The notes under the pieces were generated by a model. It had not been told where the DNA came from. It saw nothing but the letters and a program-made list of their open reading frames with translations, and did not search any database. From the IMG/VR virus record IMGVR_UViG_3300020020_000019: a DNA stretch of 15,816 nt. One strand, given 5' to 3'. This DNA is from a virus. The position numbers and the translations under genes were made by a program. Shown in pieces: positions 1 through 7,066 of the stretch. Every line of letters starts with the position of its first letter. The stretch's first letter is position 1.

Positions 1-127
1 CAGGTCACGTTCCAATTCAAACGCAAGCCCGACGGCCAGTTCGGCACCGCCCTCGCCTGGAAGGTGATTCCCGGCGACGGCTCGGCGTCGACGGCCGGGC
101 CGCCGCCCGGCATGGCCGCCGACGAGC
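1..127. repeat. Terminal direct repeat, copy 1 (identical to 15690-15816); probable circular-assembly overlap
   Basis: Base-by-base comparison of 1-127 with 15690-15816 shows 127/127 identity. The repeat lies inside a coding frame. Confidence 0.95.
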
Positions 128-153
128 CGGTCGACGAGCTCGCCGAGGCGTGA
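1..153 (+). CDS. 3' end of the major tail protein candidate (continuation of 15228-15816 across the circular junction)
   Basis: Frame 1 is open from position 1 (QVTFQFKRKPDGQFG...DEPVDELAEA) to TGA at 151-153. The same peptide is encoded at 15690-15816. The stop overlaps the next GTG start (GTGA). Confidence 0.6.
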   Translation, partial: QVTFQFKRKPDGQFGTALAWKVIPGDGSASTAGPPPGMAADEPVDELAEA

Positions 154-605
154 GCTTCATCGCCGCGACCCGTACCGACACGTTCGACGTCGGCGCCCTC
201 GAACGGTCGATGCGCGCCGCCAACCGGGACGTCGGCCGGGAGCTCGGCCGCCTCGCCCGCAAGGCGCAGCTCGACGCCGCCAAACAGGTCCGCGGGTCCC
301 TGACGCTGTCGGGGATGGGAGTCCGCCTCGGCGTGCGGGCCCGCACGTTCGCCGGTGCCGTGTCGACGACCGTCGAGGTTGAGGCCCGCCCGCCCGGCCC
401 GTGGGCGATCGTCGAATCCGGCGCCAGCGCGCACACGGTCCGGGCCCGTCGGGCCCGGGCCCTGCGCACCCCGTACGGGCCCCGCGTGTCGGCTGAGCCG
501 AAACGGCAGACCGGTCGGCGGGTGTGGACGCGGGCCACCGAACGGGCCGCCCCGGTCATCGACCGGGCCGTCGCCGATCTGTTCGACGACGCGTTGACGG
601 AGTGA
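150..605 (+). CDS. HK97 gp10-like head-tail / tail-completion family protein (151 aa), in the position usually held by tail assembly chaperones
   Basis: The GTG start overlaps the upstream stop. The basic protein has a gp10-like pattern (WAIVESGASAH resembles the YA..VE.GT motif, with an ARR...R..W C-terminal part). High GC3. Confidence 0.4.
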   Translation: MSFIAATRTDTFDVGALERSMRAANRDVGRELGRLARKAQLDAAKQVRGSLTLSGMGVRLGVRARTFAGAVSTTVEVEARPPGPWAIVESGASAHTVRARRARALRTPYGPRVSAEPKRQTGRRVWTRATERAAPVIDRAVADLFDDALTE

Positions 606-609
606 TCCG

Positions 610-2691
610 GTGGCCGGCCGCGACCTCAACTACCGCATCACCGTTGACGCCGCCGCCGGGACGGCCGGGATCCGCGATTTTTCGCGGGCCGTGAACCGGG
701 AGCTGCGCAGCGTCGACAAGTCGCTTGACGAGACCGGCACGAACGCGACGCGGGTGGCCCGGGCCCTCGGCGACATGGCCGATCAGGCCGAAACCGAGCT
801 GCGCGCCGCCAGCCGGGCCGCCGAGGCCCTCGGCCGGGCCCTCGGCCCGGAGCTGGCCGCCCGCATGGGTCAAGACGGCATCGCCGAAAAGGTCGGTGAC
901 CTGACCCGGCTCGGTCTGTCGTTCGAGGAGATCGAGGCCGACGCCGAACAGCTCGCCGCGGCGATCAAACGGATCGACGACGTGCAGGTATCGGCCGTCG
1001 ATCAGGGGATGGGCAACCTCAACGGCCGGCTCCGCGAGGCCCGCGAGAACGCCGATCAGTCCCGTTCGGTGTTGGCCAACATGGTCGGCAACTCGACGCA
1101 GTCGATCGCCGGGTTGGGTGGGGTCGTCGGCGACCTCGGTGTCGGATTGGGCCAGCTCGGCGAGTACGCCACCGAGGGTGGGATCGGGTTGGCCGGGCTG
1201 GCCACGGTGGCCGGCCCGATGGCCGGTCTGGCCCTCGTCACCGCCGCCGTGTCGAAGTACATGGGGGTGATCGCCGAGACGAAAGCGTTCAATCAGGACC
1301 GGGTCCGCGGGTTCGCCGACGCCCTCGACGACGCCGCCGTGTCGGCTGGGGAGCTCCAGGACATCCTCGCCGGCAAAGAGGACCCGACGTCGCTGATGGC
1401 CCGCATTGGATCGCAGACCAAAGATGTCGAGGACTCGGTGCGGGCCGTGATGGGCACGTTCGAGGATTTCAACCGGATCGTGCAGGGCGGCGCCGATGAG
1501 TTCGACCGGTGGGCCGCCGGTCAGCTCGCCGTCGCCGCCGCCGCCGGCGCCTCCGAGGAGGAGCTGCGCAACCTCGACGCCGCGTTGCAACAGGGGTTGC
1601 GCTCGACGCAGGCCAACTCGGCAGTCGCTCTGGCCCTCGGCGACGGCTACGACGATGTCGTCGACGCCGCGTTCGCCGCCGGCGCGGCGATCCGCCAGAA
1701 GGGGGAGGCCGAACGGGAGGCCGGCCGGGACGCCGCGTTCTACGGGGAGGCCACCGAGGACGCCACCGACGCCACCCGCGCCTACACCGACGCCGAGCTC
1801 GAAGCGGTCGCCGCCACCCTCAACCAAGTCTCGGCCCTCATCGCTGCGAACACCGCGATGGGGGAGATGGCCGACGCCCGCCGGGCCGCCGCCGACTCGA
1901 CGTTCGCCGCCCGCGACGCCGAACGCGACTTCCTCGAACAGCTCAAGACCACGGCCGAGCAGATCGCCGCCGCCCCGGGGATGACGCAGGAGAACGCGGC
2001 CGCCCTCGACGAGCTCGCCCTGGCCGCCGGCCGGGCCGCCGACAGCCAAGTCCAGCTACAGAAGGATTCGATGGCGTCGATGGGGGCGACGCAGGACGCC
2101 ACCGACGCCCAACACACCTGGAATTCCTCGATGTTGAATTCGGCCCGCACCACGGACGGGCCGATGCGGCAGGCCATCGTCAACTACATCGCCCAAGTCA
2201 ACGGGATACCGCCGGAGAAGGTGTCGGAGATCCTCGCCGACCCGCAGTACGCCACGATCGAAGCGGCGGCCGCCGCCCTCGACGCCGCCGCCGTCCCCCG
2301 TACCGCCACCGTCACCGCCGAGTCATCGAATGTTCGCCCGACCGAGGACGAGCTGAACAACCTGGCCCGGCCGCGCACCGTGCAGATGTCGGTCAACATC
2401 CGTCAGGTCGGCGCGTTCGCCCCGCCCAGCTATGCGACGACGACGGCGACGGCGACGGCGGCCCGCCGGCCGCGCGCCCTGGCCGTCGGCGAGGGTGCTG
2501 ACCCCGCCCCGGCCGCTACTGCCGGAGTGGCCGCTACCGGGGTCGGCCCCATCTACCTGGACGCCCCGACGTCGGCCGTTACCCCGGTCACCGTCGACAT
2601 GCGTGGCGCCATCCTCGGTTCCCGTTACGACGTCGTGCGCACCGTCCGCGACGCCGTCCGCGACGGGGTCCGCCTGGCCGGAAGCCGTTGA
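610..2691 (+). CDS. Tape measure protein (693 aa)
   Basis: It is the largest ORF. GGAG lies 8-9 nt upstream of GTG 610. The sequence is Ala/Glu/Arg-rich and helical, with a Gly-rich hydrophobic segment (GLGGVVGDLGVGLGQLGEY...GLAGLATVAGPMAGLALVTAAV). It sits between tail-tube and tail-tip genes. Confidence 0.8.
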   Translation: MAGRDLNYRITVDAAAGTAGIRDFSRAVNRELRSVDKSLDETGTNATRVARALGDMADQAETELRAASRAAEALGRALGPELAARMGQDGIAEKVGDLTRLGLSFEEIEADAEQLAAAIKRIDDVQVSAVDQGMGNLNGRLREARENADQSRSVLANMVGNSTQSIAGLGGVVGDLGVGLGQLGEYATEGGIGLAGLATVAGPMAGLALVTAAVSKYMGVIAETKAFNQDRVRGFADALDDAAVSAGELQDILAGKEDPTSLMARIGSQTKDVEDSVRAVMGTFEDFNRIVQGGADEFDRWAAGQLAVAAAAGASEEELRNLDAALQQGLRSTQANSAVALALGDGYDDVVDAAFAAGAAIRQKGEAEREAGRDAAFYGEATEDATDATRAYTDAELEAVAATLNQVSALIAANTAMGEMADARRAAADSTFAARDAERDFLEQLKTTAEQIAAAPGMTQENAAALDELALAAGRAADSQVQLQKDSMASMGATQDATDAQHTWNSSMLNSARTTDGPMRQAIVNYIAQVNGIPPEKVSEILADPQYATIEAAAAALDAAAVPRTATVTAESSNVRPTEDELNNLARPRTVQMSVNIRQVGAFAPPSYATTTATATAARRPRALAVGEGADPAPAATAGVAATGVGPIYLDAPTSAVTPVTVDMRGAILGSRYDVVRTVRDAVRDGVRLAGSR

Positions 2692-2692
2692 C

Positions 2693-4009
2693 ATGGCCGC
2701 CGTGCGTGCCTTGCTCGGCCCGGTGCCGGTGTTCCCGTGGGCCGAGCTCGGTGTCGGCGACGTCCGCTCCCCGTCCGGTCAGGCCCGGTGGGATCAGTCC
2801 CGGTGGGATGCGCCCGACGCCCGATGGGCCGGCACCGAGCCGACCTGGCTGGATGTGTCCTGTGAGGTCAACTCGGCCGAGTCCGACACCGGCCGGACCC
2901 GGGTCGTCGAACGGTTTCGGCCCGGCGCCGCCGAGGTCGTGCTCCTCAACGTCGACGGGTGGGCCGACCTGACGCCGCCGCCGACCCCGCCGGCCCTGCT
3001 CCCGCTACGCCCGGGCCGCCAGTTCCGCTACGGGGTCGACACCCCGACCGGCCGGCGCATCCTGTTTCGCGGCTACGTCGACGAGGCCGTCCCGATCTAT
3101 CAGCCCTACGGCACCGACGTCGTGCTGTGTTCGTGCATCGATGCCGTTGGGGAGGCCGGCCGGGCCGCCCTCGACCCGTTGCCGGCCCCGGTCGGTGACG
3201 GCGACACCGTCGACGTCCGCCTCGGCCGCATCCTCGACGCCCGCCAGTGGCCGAGCAACTATCGGGATCTGGCCCCGACGTCGGTGCGTCTGCTCGCCTC
3301 GACGCTCGGCGGCGCCGTCGTCGATCTGCTCGGTCAGGCCGCCGACTCCGGGGGTGGTGCCGTGTTCGGCGATCTCGCCGGCCGTGTCGCCTACCGCGGC
3401 CGGGACTGGCAAACGTACGTGCCGGGCACCCCGCCCGACGCCACCGTCGGCAACCTCGAGCCGGGCGACGTCTGCCCGTCGACGTGGGAGCTGTCGTTCC
3501 GGCGTCGTGACGTGACGACCGTGGCCCGCCTCGGCCGTTCCGCCGACTCGCATGTCACCGTCGTCGACGAGGCCGGCCGCCGCGTCGCCGGGTTCGAGCC
3601 GTTCACCCGTTCCGATCTGCTGACCGCCGACGATGCCACCCTGACCACGCTCGCCAACCGGATCCTCGAGACCCGGGCGGTGGCCACGATGCCACGTGTC
3701 GAGGCCGTCACCCTCGACGCCGCCACCGACCCCGGTGATGGCCGGGTCGTCGAGCTGATGGCCACCGCCCGCCCGGAGACCCCGACCCGGATCCGTTGCC
3801 GGCTCCGGGCTCGTGACGGCCGCGCCGTGTTCGACGTCGACATGTTGGTCACCGCGGTGCGTCACACGATCACCGACCGCGGCCGCTGGTACTGCCGGCT
3901 GACCCTCGACGCCGCCGCCCCGTTCGCCGCCGCCGGTGGCCGTTGGGACCGGGCCGGGTGGGACCGCTCAACGTGGACCGACGTCGTACGAGCCGTGGAG
4001 GTCGTCTGA
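2693..4009 (+). CDS. Minor tail protein, distal-tail (Dit / Sipho_tail)-like (438 aa)
   Basis: ATG lies 2 nt after the TMP stop. The pattern F-R-G-Y-V-D...C-I-D-A...R-I-L...GGAVFGD..GRV.YRGRDW resembles phage tail family proteins. Position is immediately after the TMP. Confidence 0.55.
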   Translation: MAAVRALLGPVPVFPWAELGVGDVRSPSGQARWDQSRWDAPDARWAGTEPTWLDVSCEVNSAESDTGRTRVVERFRPGAAEVVLLNVDGWADLTPPPTPPALLPLRPGRQFRYGVDTPTGRRILFRGYVDEAVPIYQPYGTDVVLCSCIDAVGEAGRAALDPLPAPVGDGDTVDVRLGRILDARQWPSNYRDLAPTSVRLLASTLGGAVVDLLGQAADSGGGAVFGDLAGRVAYRGRDWQTYVPGTPPDATVGNLEPGDVCPSTWELSFRRRDVTTVARLGRSADSHVTVVDEAGRRVAGFEPFTRSDLLTADDATLTTLANRILETRAVATMPRVEAVTLDAATDPGDGRVVELMATARPETPTRIRCRLRARDGRAVFDVDMLVTAVRHTITDRGRWYCRLTLDAAAPFAAAGGRWDRAGWDRSTWTDVVRAVEVV

Positions 4010-4407
4010 TGGCATTCCCCGAACACGTCGCCCCCGACGAACTGATCGAGTCGGCGTGGGGCAACGCCGTCGTCGACGCCCTGTTCACCGTCGCCGTCGC
4101 CGCCGACATCAACGGGCAGACGAGGGAAGGGGGCCGGCTACGCATCCAAGCCGGCGTGATCACCGCGACGACCGACGTCAACGGTGACATCACCATCCCC
4201 CTCGGCGGCGCCGCCGCCTACGACGGCAACCCAGTGACCCTCATCATCCCGGCCACCCCGACTCAACCGTTGATGGTCACGGTACTGACGTCCAGCCCGG
4301 CCAGCGCGACGGCCCGTGTGTGGTGGGGGTCGGGCGCCGGCATCGGCACCCCGGTCGCCAATGGGACGTTCGCCTTTTTCTGGTTCGCGATCGGGCTACG
4401 ACCCTAG
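4009..4407 (+). CDS. Small minor tail / putative tail-tip or receptor-binding protein (132 aa)
   Basis: The ATG overlaps the upstream TGA (TGATG). High GC3. The sequence looks beta-rich (ITATTDVNGDITIPLGG...VTVLTSS). The call rests on position in the tail module only. Confidence 0.35.
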   Translation: MAFPEHVAPDELIESAWGNAVVDALFTVAVAADINGQTREGGRLRIQAGVITATTDVNGDITIPLGGAAAYDGNPVTLIIPATPTQPLMVTVLTSSPASATARVWWGSGAGIGTPVANGTFAFFWFAIGLRP

Positions 4408-4419
4408 GAGGTCCCCGCT

Positions 4420-4722
4420 ATGTCCTACACGACGATGAGCCGGGCCGCCGCCGACCCGGCGTTGACGGATCGCATCACCGCGGCCACCGTGCAGGAGGCG
4501 TGGAACAACCCGGCCGCCGCCGGCACCCTGTTCGGCGTCGACGTGCAAGCCTCGGCGGGCAACGCGATGCGGATGTGGTGGCCGGTGTGCATTGCCGCCG
4601 ATGTTGCTGCCGCCTACGCCTCGGCGCTCGCCGCCGGCAACCCGAACCCGGGCGGAGATGATGCCGTCGTCACCGACGGCATGATCCTCGCCAACGTGCA
4701 GGCGAAATGGCCGCCGGAATGA
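4420..4722 (+). CDS. Hypothetical protein (100 aa)
   Basis: It has the strongest Shine-Dalgarno in the window (AGGAGG at 4406-4411, 8 nt upstream of ATG 4420). High GC3. No recognisable motif. Confidence 0.6.
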   Translation: MSYTTMSRAAADPALTDRITAATVQEAWNNPAAAGTLFGVDVQASAGNAMRMWWPVCIAADVAAAYASALAAGNPNPGGDDAVVTDGMILANVQAKWPPE

Positions 4723-4856
4723 GCGACACCCCGTCCTCGCTGACCCCGGCCGACGCCGAACGGACCATGTACGAGGCCGCCCGCCGCCGCCGCCACGCCG
4801 CCGAGTTCGGCGATGTCGACGATGACGACGCCTACGACGCCGACGACCCGCCGTGA
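4719..4856 (+). CDS. Small acidic hypothetical protein (45 aa; MSDTPSSLTPADAERTMYEAARRRRHAAEFGDVDDDDAYDADDPP), absent from the supplied ORF track
   Basis: Hand translation. The start overlaps the upstream stop as ATGA and the stop overlaps the next start as GTGA. It fills an otherwise 130-nt gap and has high GC3. Confidence 0.5.
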   Translation: MSDTPSSLTPADAERTMYEAARRRRHAAEFGDVDDDDAYDADDPP

Positions 4857-5698
4857 GCCTGTTCCTGACCTGGCTGGCCGACGAGCTGCGCGCCGCCGGG
4901 CTAAACGTCGTCGAGTACTCGGGCTGGACGACCCGGGCCCGCTCGAGCGGCGGGTACGGCGCGGCCCCGTTGTGCGTCATGGAGCATCACACCGCCTCCC
5001 CGCCGTCGTGGGACGGCCAGCGGGACGCCGACTACTGCGCCGTCGGCGATCCCGACGCCCCGCTCTCGAACCTGTACATCGAACGATCGGGCCGGGTGTG
5101 GGTGCTCGCCGCCGGGGCGACGAACACGAACGGCAAAGGTTGGGCGATGACGTTCTCCCGGGGGACGGTGCCGACTGATGGGATGAATACCCGCGCCGTC
5201 GGGATCGAGTGCGGCAACAACGGGGTCGGCGAGGCGTGGCCGGTCGCCCAAGTGGACGCCCTCATCGCCGCGGCCAACACGGTCAACGGCCGGCTCGGCA
5301 ACGTGCCGGCCGACGTCGCCGGACACGTCCACTACACGAACCGCAAGATTGACCCGGCCACCGCCGCCGCGGTGCAGGGCGCCTGGCGGCCCCGGTCGAT
5401 CAACTCATCGGGGTCGTGGAATCTCGACGACATGCGCGCCGAGCACGTCCGCCGGGCCGCGGCCCCGGCCCCGACACCGGAACCTGAGGAGGACGAGGAC
5501 ATGGCGAAAGAGCTGCTGGTGCAGGGGATGCCGTCGGGATCGTTGCAGGTCGCCGACGCCCTGCTGACGTCGCGCCGGCCGATCTCCGGCGACGCCTACG
5601 GGGCCCTCATCAACACCGAGCAGTACGTCGCCGTGCAGTTGCCCGACGAGGATGTCGACCGCATCCCGTTCACCCCGCAACGCGACGTCGTCACCTAG
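4853..5698 (+). CDS. Endolysin, N-acetylmuramoyl-L-alanine amidase (Amidase_2/PGRP-like) with an uncharacterised C-terminal domain (281 aa)
   Basis: N-terminal LADELRAAGLNVVEYSGWTTRAR, VMEHHTASP, AVGIECGNNG and GHVHYTNRKIDP match the amidase_2 zinc-ligand layout. It lies immediately upstream of the holin. Confidence 0.8.
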   Translation: MSLFLTWLADELRAAGLNVVEYSGWTTRARSSGGYGAAPLCVMEHHTASPPSWDGQRDADYCAVGDPDAPLSNLYIERSGRVWVLAAGATNTNGKGWAMTFSRGTVPTDGMNTRAVGIECGNNGVGEAWPVAQVDALIAAANTVNGRLGNVPADVAGHVHYTNRKIDPATAAAVQGAWRPRSINSSGSWNLDDMRAEHVRRAAAPAPTPEPEEDEDMAKELLVQGMPSGSLQVADALLTSRRPISGDAYGALINTEQYVAVQLPDEDVDRIPFTPQRDVVT

Positions 5699-5702
5699 TC
5701 CG

Positions 5703-5957
5703 ATGCCCCGCCGGCCCTTCCCCGGCGCCGGGGTCCGCGATTGGGTCGCCCTCGTCCTGGCCCTCGGCATCGCCGTCGGGTTGAACGTGATCCTGCTCGC
5801 CGTGCTGTATGACGCCATCGCCTCGGCCGGGCCCGGGCTCAGTGAGAACGCCACGCAGATCATCACCGGCGCGTTCGGCGGGATCATCGGCGTGCTCGGG
5901 TCGTATCTCGGATTCCGCGCTGGCGAGAAACAGAACGACGAACGACCACCGCCGTGA
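5703..5957 (+). CDS. Holin, two transmembrane helices (84 aa)
   Basis: There are two hydrophobic helices (WVALVLALGIAVGLNVILLAVLY and ITGAFGGIIGVLGSYLGF) and a charged C-terminus (RAGEKQNDERPPP). It lies directly after the endolysin. Confidence 0.7.
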   Translation: MPRRPFPGAGVRDWVALVLALGIAVGLNVILLAVLYDAIASAGPGLSENATQIITGAFGGIIGVLGSYLGFRAGEKQNDERPPP

Positions 5958-5996
5958 TGCGACATCGGTGGTGGAGATTCCACGGCCGATGTCGCA
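5958..5996. terminator. Strong hairpin directly after the holin stop (11-bp + 5-bp stems)
   Basis: tgcgacatcgg-tg-gtgga-gat-tccac-gg-ccgatgtcgca. Both arms are perfectly complementary. It lies between convergent transcription units and has no U-tract. Confidence 0.5.
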
Positions 5997-6024
5997 ATTC
6001 GCGATGTGCTAACAGATCGCGAAT
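5997..6024. terminator. Second hairpin / 9-bp inverted repeat with 10-nt spacer (attcgcgat-gtgctaacag-atcgcgaat); terminator or recombinase core-site candidate
   Basis: A perfect 9-bp inverted repeat directly abuts the first hairpin. It lies between the + strand late operon and the - strand int unit. Confidence 0.4.
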
Positions 6025-6032
6025 CCACCTGG

Positions 6033-6134
6033 TCACGGCCACCAGCCCTGGCGATACATCCACTCGGCGAGGAGCACCCCGAGCGGCGGCGCGATCAACG
6101 CCACCAGGGTGCCGTAGTAGCGGAGTCGGCTCAT
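6033..6134 (-). CDS. Candidate 33-aa single-pass membrane peptide (MSRLRYYGTLVALIAPPLGVLLAEWMYRQGWWP), absent from the ORF track
   Basis: Hand translation of the reverse strand. It runs from ATG to TGA and about 31/33 codons end in G/C. It has a hydrophobic core with a Trp-rich end. It lies 40 nt downstream of int on the same strand. The RBS is weak. Confidence 0.35.
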   Translation of the reverse strand: MSRLRYYGTLVALIAPPLGVLLAEWMYRQGWWP

Positions 6135-6174
6135 GGCACTCGCGCTCTAAACAAAGTCAACGAACCCCTGGTCA

Positions 6175-7014
6175 TCACGCCGCCGGCAACTGCAGGGCGC
6201 GCGACGTCGCCGCCGTGCGCTCGGGGAGACAGGCCGTGTAGATCTGCGTCGTCGCCACCGAGGCGTGGCCGAGCAGGTCGCGCACCGCCAGCAGGTCGGC
6301 GCCGGGTACCTGCAGCGCCGCCGTCGCGCATCGGTGGCGTAGCTGATGTGCGGTCGTCGCGTAGCCCGCGGCGTGGATGGCCAGGTTGACCCGTTGCGAG
6401 ACCCGGTGGGCCAGCATCCGCCGCCCGGTCTGCCCGACGAACACGGCGCCGTCGCGCCGGCTCGAGGCCAGACGCAGCGCGGCGAGGGTGCGCGTCACGT
6501 CCGTTGACAGGCTGATCAGGCGTTCCTTGTCGCCCTTGCCGTTGACGATCACCGTTCCCGCGGCCAGATCGACGTCGCGCCAGTCGAGCCGTGAGCACTC
6601 GCAACACCGCAGGCCGGCGCACGACATCAACGCGAACAGGGCGCGCAGCTGGACGTCGTCGGTCTGCACCAGCCGGGCGATCTCCCGATCGGGTGCCGGC
6701 CGCGGCAGACGCGCCGGCACCTTTGGCCGGTCGACGAGCGTGGTCGGGTCGCCGTCGGCCAGGCCCTCGCGCTGCAACCACCGGTAGAACGCCCGCAACG
6801 CGACGAGCAGGGCGCGCGTCGAGCTCGCTGCCAGGCCGCGGTCGCGGGTCCACGCCTCGACGTCGCGGTAGGTCGCCGCCGCCGGGTCGGGGTGTCGACA
6901 CAGCCACTCCCCGGCCACCGCGAACCGCGGCCACACCGTGCGCGGCGCGAACCGGCCGGTCATGTACCGGCGGTATGCGTCGAGGTCGACGTCTGTCCCT
7001 CGATCGTGTGACAT
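6175..7014 (-). CDS. int: Tyrosine integrase, XerC/D-like (SAM-like core-binding domain + catalytic domain, no arm-binding domain)
   Basis: The catalytic signature is present: AGLRCCE (Arg), GKGDKER (Lys), HQLRHRCAT (His-x-x-Arg) and LGHASVATTQIYT (His, Tyr). Start chosen at ATG 7014 (MSHDRG...). The longer ATG 7053 start adds 13 codons with poor GC3, includes a rare TTA codon, and collides with the divergent gene. Confidence 0.85.
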   Translation of the reverse strand: MSHDRGTDVDLDAYRRYMTGRFAPRTVWPRFAVAGEWLCRHPDPAAATYRDVEAWTRDRGLAASSTRALLVALRAFYRWLQREGLADGDPTTLVDRPKVPARLPRPAPDREIARLVQTDDVQLRALFALMSCAGLRCCECSRLDWRDVDLAAGTVIVNGKGDKERLISLSTDVTRTLAALRLASSRRDGAVFVGQTGRRMLAHRVSQRVNLAIHAAGYATTAHQLRHRCATAALQVPGADLLAVRDLLGHASVATTQIYTACLPERTAATSRALQLPAA

Positions 7015-7066
7015 AGTGGGCACGGACTGTAACTGACTGGATCGAGACGACATGCATGTGATTAGA
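7015..7066. promoter_or_regulatory. Divergent int / early-operon control region with a TAGAAT -10-like hexamer (7063-7068) and the motif ATGTGATTA (7056-7064)
   Basis: This is the only non-coding DNA between the two divergent units. TAGAAT fits the actinobacterial TANNNT -10 form. A CATGCATG palindrome lies at 7051-7058. Confidence 0.4.

Noticed and set aside
1-127. The 127-bp terminal repeat as a true physical direct terminal repeat or as attL/attR
   Set aside because: The repeat lies inside the major tail protein reading frame, and the ORF is only complete when the ends are joined. That is expected for an arbitrary linearisation of a circular assembly, not for genome termini or integration junctions.
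150-605. Possible G/GT-type programmed frameshift using the overlapping ORF 355-597
   Set aside because: No X-XXY-YYZ slippery heptamer was seen. The alternative frame terminates before the 0-frame stop, so it cannot produce an extended product.
556-2049. 497-aa reverse-strand ORF antisense to the tape measure gene
   Set aside because: It is Gly/Arg/Pro/Val-rich low-complexity translation, typical of shadow ORFs in high-GC DNA. It is fully contained within a well-supported forward gene and has no motifs.
5958-6134. tRNA fragment or tRNA-derived attP core next to the integrase
   Set aside because: There is no GGTTCGAATCC-type T-loop. No acceptor or T-arm geometry could be folded from the sequence. 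The ...ggccacca stretch is coincidental.
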